Source of the DNA: Macrostomum lignano | Taxonomy: Eukaryota | DNA length: 64,000 nucleotides | Assembly (NCBI GenBank): GCA_002269645.1 | Contig: NIVC01000016.1 | Span: forward strand, 682,001-746,000 | Direction: 5' to 3' | Shown here: piece after piece, positions 58,404 through 64,000 of the stretch | How positions within the stretch are numbered: position 1 is the first letter of the stretch | Layout of the letters: each line of letters begins with the position of its first letter | Translations under genes and position numbers: made by a program | The notes under the pieces: generated by a model | What the model was told of the DNA's origin: nothing | The model's input: only the letters and a program-made list of their open reading frames with translations | Database searches by the model: none

Positions 58404-59937
58404 GGAACAGGGATTAAGACAGACATACTTAAAAATTGTCCAATAATTTATGATACTGCCCAAGTTATTACAATCTTTTTGCATCTTTCCACTGATGGCT
58501 GTAGCTTGTACTCTAATTCTCCCTCTTCTTTGTGGCCTGTTCAAGCTCAAATTTTAAATCTTCCACCATTTTTGCATTTTCAGCCAGAAAACTTCTTAAT
58601 TTTTTCTCTCTTTCTTGGTGCAAAGAAGCCTAACTGGAAAACATTTCTAGAAGACCATCTGGCTTCAGTTTTTGAAAAAAACATTCTGTTTTACTATTCG
58701 AAACAGGCCTATGCATTTTCGTGTTAAACTCTTTTCGGCTACTTTTGATCTTCCTGCCTTGGCTAGCATACTAAACCATAAGCAATTTAATGGCGAGTTT
58801 GGTTGCCTTTACTGTGAAAATCCCAGTAGTACTGTTAAAGTTGGCCATGGATCCGCATGCAAGTATTCTGAGCCTCATTTATCTACTCCAGTTTCGAATG
58901 CTGTTTATTTATCACGAGTTCAACTAGTCTGTCTCTCTGGTGAGAAGAGCCTTTTTGGTATTAAGGGTGATTCTGTTCTTAGGAAGTATGTGCACATTCC
59001 AAAGAATATTTTGCTTGATTCATTGCACTTTCTTTATGAAAATTGTTGTGGCACTCTAATGAAATATATGTTTGATGGTTCCTACCAACAACTGAGTTGC
59101 TACCTTGGGCAAAGTCTGCCCTTCTTTAATGATACTCTTAAAAGAGTCAGCGTGCCTAAGTCAGTAACAGTACCATTTTGTCTAGAGCTTCGCTCTTCGT
59201 GGAAAGCCAAGGATTACATGTTCGCTGCAATGTATCTATTGCCTATATTTGCTTTCCATTGCTTCAGTAGGAAAAATCAGGCATGCGCCATTGCTTTGCT
59301 TTCTTTTTCTCTTGTTTGTCATGTAGCAAATTCTGTAGACTGTGAGCACTACTTGGCGCTTCTCAATAAAGTAATTCAACACTTTATGTCAACTTTAGGA
59401 ACTGCATTTGATGCCAATGTATACACAATTAATTTTCATCTCCTGTGTCATTTGCCCGAACAGCTTCTCAATTTTGGTCCTCTAACAGGATACTCTATGT
59501 TCTCATTTGAGAGTCAATTTTCAACGGTAAAGAATTATATTCAAAGGAATCGATTCCATATCAAGCAAATATGCGAAAAGCTCATTCTGCAAAAATGTTG
59601 CACTTTCTGTCTTAAGGAGGGAGCTGCTGCTCAATCTAACAGCTGCATTTTTGAGCTGCTCACTTCTAAGTTTAGAATTTTATCAAGCAGTCCTTCCGCC
59701 TGCTGGCGATTTCTATCCGCTTATGCAATAGTGCAAAACAATCGTCTCTTTTATGCTACTTCTTATCCGAAATTGCCCCCTACTCGGTCATGTATTGTGC
59801 AGTTGAAAGATGGTTGTTTCTGCAAAGTAGTTTGTTTTCTGAATGGCACCGATATTTTAGCTGATGTAATTTTTTTAGACATCTGCAATTTACAAGACTT
59901 TTTAGGTAAAGTGGCTCGCTTGATAAAGAGTAGATAA
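58404..59937 (+). pseudogene. EnSpm/CACTA (CMC) transposase, 5'-truncated, with one frameshift at A-run 58675-58681
   Basis: LSTDGCSLY...SLWPVQAQILNLPP...N, KKPNW, DLPALASILNHKQFNGEFGCLYC, DSLHFLYE, SWKAKDY, INFHLLCHLPEQLLNFGPL and SMFSFES are characteristic Transposase_21/CACTA motifs. Confidence 0.85.
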
Positions 59938-60232
59938 ATAAAGGTAAATATCAACATGAAGTATTATTTGAGTTGCCGATGCATTTCGTCCATTTGCATT
60001 AGGACATCGTCAGGGTCTTTTTATTGAGAAACAATTTAAAGGAATATTCAGTATATATAGATAGTTGAGAGTAACAAGAGTAGTTGAATTGAGTTTTTAA
60101 TTGATGGTTTAAAACTTGTACATAGTAATCAATTTTTGATACAGTATTGGTTGGGTAAAGTGCATATCAGTTTCAAGCCAGTCCGGTCATTGACAAATCA
60201 GCTAAAAAATTCTGAGTTGACGGCTAGCCCCA

Positions 60233-60490
60233 CCCATCGCAAGTTGGTTATTTAACGTGGGCTGTTTGGTCTTAATGTACATGTTTAATGTACATCTTTA
60301 ATGTACATTAGTTAATGTACATCTTTAATGTACATTAGTTAATGTACATCTTTAATGATAAAGGCTATTGATTTTTGTAATAGAGATCACATGCTCTGCC
60401 TATTAGAAGCCCTGTACATTAAGACCAAACAGCCCACGTTAAATAACCAACTTGCGATGGGTCTTCCTTACATTAATTTTCTAATCTAAA
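60233..60490 (+). mobile_element. Penelope-like element 3' remnant (GIY-YIG C-terminus) with an inverted partial copy
   Basis: Reads IDFCNRDHMLCLLEALYIKTKQPTLNNQLAMG...; 60233-60281 is the exact reverse complement of 60413-60461. Confidence 0.65.
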
Positions 60491-61169
60491 AATTCAGAAC
60501 ATTGGCAAAAGCCATACATGCTACTCAGAGTAAACTGTGTGTCTATCCACCAAAAGTAATTGCAATTGGATTACGCCAGAAATTGCATAAATTATAATTC
60601 AATTGGTCTAAATTGCAACACTTACAATCTGCATGTGCAAAATTGCTAAAATTGCAATTTTGATTGTAATCAGCTTATTCAAAATTGCAATTGACGTGCA
60701 CGCAATTGGCAATTATTGTACAATTTCGGCAAGTAGATTGCAATTTTCAACAATTTCTTGTAATTTTGGTTGACTAGGGAAGACTAATAAGAGAAAAAAA
60801 GACAAACTAGGCTATATTAGGCCAGGCTAATCTAACCAGACTCTAATCAAACAACTATTATAAATGACACTTGTTATTTGCACAGTACCCTATAAATAGT
60901 ATTGTCATTATTTACAAAGTAACAAGCTGTTGAAACCCGCAGATTTTGAACCCGGGGAATTCCAATCCCCGGAACTACTTTTGCATGTATTCTGAAATCT
61001 AAGGTCATGCACAAACAAAAACTTGTTAATAGTTAGTAGGAAAGAGGTAGACATAAAATGGACACATTTGTGTAAAATTAGGATTTGAAGCAAAAATTGA
61101 TATTGTTGGCTGGGGTACTTCACAGAATGTCAGGCAATGTCTGTCTGACTCTAAAACATGTATTGCTAA

Positions 61170-61750
61170 ACTCTGGTCTCTCCCTGACTCTCCCTATGTC
61201 CCTTGGATCCTTTAAAATTTCTATCGTCTCTTCTGTTTCCTCTCTTCTCTCTCGTCCCTCGTCTCTCCTCTCTCTTCTCTCCTCTCTCTTCTCTTCTCTC
61301 ATATCTTCCCTCATCTCTCTTTTCTTTCATCTCTCTTATCTCTTGTCTCTTCTCTCTACTCTCCTCTCTCTCTCCTCTCTACTTTTCGTTTTCTCTCTTC
61401 TCTCCTCTCTCCTGTCTCCTCTCTACTTTTCGTTTTCTCTCTCCTCTCTCCTCTCTACTTTTTCGTTTTCTCTCTTCTACTCTCTCCCCCTCTTCTCTCG
61501 TCTCTTCCTTCTCCTCTCTATTCTTTTCTCTCTTCTCTTAACTCTCTCCTCTCTTCTCTCACCTCTTTCCTCTCTCTCTTTCCTCTCATCTCTTTTCTTG
61601 TTTTATCTCTTCTCTCTCCCCTCGTCACTCGTCTCTTCCCTCACCTCTCTTCTCTCTTGTCTGCATTTTTATCCCTCCTTTCTCTTCTTTTATCTTTTCT
61701 CTTTTATCTCTTCTCGTTTCTCTCTGCTCTGCGCTCTCTCTCTCTCTCTG

Positions 61751-61813
<63 letters not shown>

Positions 61814-62600
61814 TCTCCTCTCCCATCTCTCTTCTCCTCTCTACTCTCTCCCCTCTTCATTCTCCTATTTCCTCTTCTCTCTCCCTGTCTCTCCTCTCTC
61901 CTCTAGTCTATGTAATCTCTTCTCTCTTATCTCTCCTCTGTTCTCTCTACTCTCCCATCTCTCGTCTGTTCACCCTCATCTCTGCTCTCTCATCTGTCAT
62001 CTTTACTCTCTAATACGTTCTCTCACTTATCTCCTCTGTAATCTTCTCTTTCACCTCTTCTGACTCCTCTCTTTCCTTACTCCTCTCTTCTTTTCTCTTC
62101 CCTCTTCTATACTCTCTCTCTCCTCTATTATCTTCTCTCGTCTCTCTGCACTCTCCTCTCACCTTTTTCATCTCTCATCTTTACTCTCTCATCTCTCCTT
62201 TCATTTGTCTAATCTCTACAATCTCATCTCTCCTTTCTCCCCTCTTCTTACACCCCTCTCTTATCTCTATCTCTTCTCTTCTCACTCCTCTCTTCCCCTC
62301 TTATCTCCTCTCTTCTCTATCCTTTCTACTCTCTCCTCTCCTCTTGACCCTCTGTCATCTTCTTTCTGCTCTCTCATCTCTACTCTCTTCTCACTCTTCT
62401 TTACTCTCCTCTCATTGATCCTCTGTCTCATCTCTCCCCTCTTCTCACCTTTACTCTTTCCTCTCCCTCCTTTCTCCCCTCCTCTCGCTTCTTCCTCCCT
62501 TCTTTTCTGCTCTCTCCTCACCACTTGTCTCTCCTCTTATCTTCCATGTTTTCTCTAATCCCCCTCTCGCCTCTCCTCTCTTCTAATAGTCTATTCCTTC
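61170..62600. repeat. ~1.4-kb CT-rich low-complexity polypyrimidine tract with a (CT)n core near 61735-61810
   Basis: Directly visible. Confidence 0.95.
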
Positions 62601-62819
62601 TCCTTTCCACTCTCATCTGGCCCGCACATGAGCTGGATTCTTTATCTGGCTTTTGAAGTAAAAGTCTGCCGATCACTGCTTCGAAAGCCAGTTTGTGGGA
62701 CGTACTACTCTCATCGTTATTCACATGCTTTGATCACGTCATCTTTCTTGCCAATTTGCAGCCCTGAAAGGAATTTGTGTAATCTTCAGCTCCACTGCAG
62801 TCTGGACTCTGGATCAGTC

Positions 62820-63830
62820 TAACAACCAAGGAAATACGCATTTCTTAGGAGGCCATTTAAAATTTACACACTACCTTTAAAAGAAACCTAAAATTTCCAT
62901 GGTGTGGCTAATTTAGTAGGGTTGTATTGCACTGCATTGCCTTTTCATAAATCTTTCGCTTTTACAAACCATGCTGGATTCCCTCGATTTGCCAATTGCC
63001 ATCCACTGTTAAACTGCTGCAGAGTTTGCCAATACAGAGGGGAGGGCAGTGGTTAGAATTTCTCACTAAACTGTTATGGCTAAACGTAGCCTCTCCACTC
63101 TCGGGGTGCGAGAAGGCTATAAATAAAGTTATTCCAAAACACTCTACATTTGCTATGTACATTCAGTCCTATTGCCTGACCCTTCGTCTGGCTCTGGGGG
63201 GAATGAGTGGAGTGAGTGAGTGGCACAAACAACAGAAAAAGCAGACAAACTTCACATGCTTACAGTTTCTTTTTCGGTTGAGTTACAGAGTTGAAACTTT
63301 ACATTTAGACAGAGAATGGGTCAATGAAGAATTGTGTCAAGTTTGAAGTCAATCGTTTTACGTGGAGCAAACTTATGGCAGCTGAAAGTTAGTCAATTTT
63401 GAAACCCAGATCGGGAAAGAGAGGCAGGCAGGCGGAGGTTGGGGTGGCTGTCTCGCTGAAAAAAAACAGCCTAACTTTAAAAGTGCACAGCGCCGTTCAG
63501 GATTAACTTTGAGATTTAAAATTTTACACGATTGTGTCAAAATAGTTAAAAATTGCCTGTGTCAAATTTGAAGAGAATCGGTAGAAGTGGAGCGGCGCTA
63601 TGGAGGATTTAGTAAAAAAATCGCGCATTTTGAGCAGTTTTTTGTACTTTTAGGTAGGAAGACTTGAGTCTAGGAAATTTAAAGGTAGCCTAAGACATTC
63701 TCCGTAGTAAGTTTAGGGTGGGTATAAAATTTGGTGTCATTTGGTTGAGCAGTTTGGGAGTCCATAGCGATCAAAATTGTCCACACACAGACACACACAC
63801 AGAGTTTTGATTTTTATATGTAGAGATTAA
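62820..63830 (+). mobile_element. Possible Helentron-associated non-autonomous element (HINE/DINE-1-like)
   Basis: Recurring AA[A/G]TTTGAAG..AATCG motifs and a terminal ACACACAG microsatellite followed by TTTTTATATGTAGAGAT, the layout typical of HINE-type elements. Boundaries approximate. Confidence 0.4.
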
Positions 63831-64000
63831 AAAAAGACTAATATATAAACTAGTTTTATAAACTGTATAGTACATATAACTATGGTCTAATTATATTTGA
63901 CCACAAATCTACATGTATCTTTTTAAAAGCAAATAAGTTGCATTGTTGTTTGTTTCTTTTAAAACACCCTTTTGTATTCTGCATCATAAATAGTATGCAA

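Noticed and set aside
61085-62558. Leu/Ser-rich and Arg/Glu-rich ORFs
   Set aside because: Translations of the CT tract.
60900-62770. Possible minus-strand terminal exons (IHAKVVPGIGIPRVQ...; GLQIGKKDDVIKACE)
   Set aside because: Short, unrecognised, and not linkable into a gene model within the window.

Overview
Eukaryotic (metazoan) genomic DNA. GC-rich exons lie among AT-rich spacers, and almost every intron or spacer holds its own minisatellite. This architecture suggests a free-living flatworm such as Macrostomum, but that is an inference. All exon structures were deduced by eye from GT-AG sites, reading-frame continuity and recalled family motifs; no database searches were run. Plus strand, 1-23.5 kb: six co-oriented genes, namely a LITAF-domain 3' end, a death-domain IRAK/Pelle-like protein with TWO kinase domains, UPRT, MPG, syntaxin-5 and METTL1. 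Next come an intact, very young Ty3/Gypsy LTR retrotransposon (23830-28582), a CORE-type SINE and an orphan GC-rich exon. Minus strand: SNX5/6 (6 exons), a single-exon RING gene and a C6orf89-like gene (4 exons). The last 10 kb is a transposon mosaic: a MITE, a BEN-like ORF, a BEL/Pao 3' fragment, an EnSpm/CACTA transposase, a Penelope GIY-YIG tail, a CT tract and a HINE-like element. Top leads: (1) the death-domain tandem-kinase protein; (2) MPG and SNX6 lack an in-frame ATG and start at phase-0 acceptors, consistent with a spliced-leader-supplied AUG within candidate operons; (3) intronic minisatellites built from copies of the real splice junctions; (4) the BEN/BEL/CACTA chimera. No prokaryotic features, CRISPR, rRNA or intact tRNA were found.
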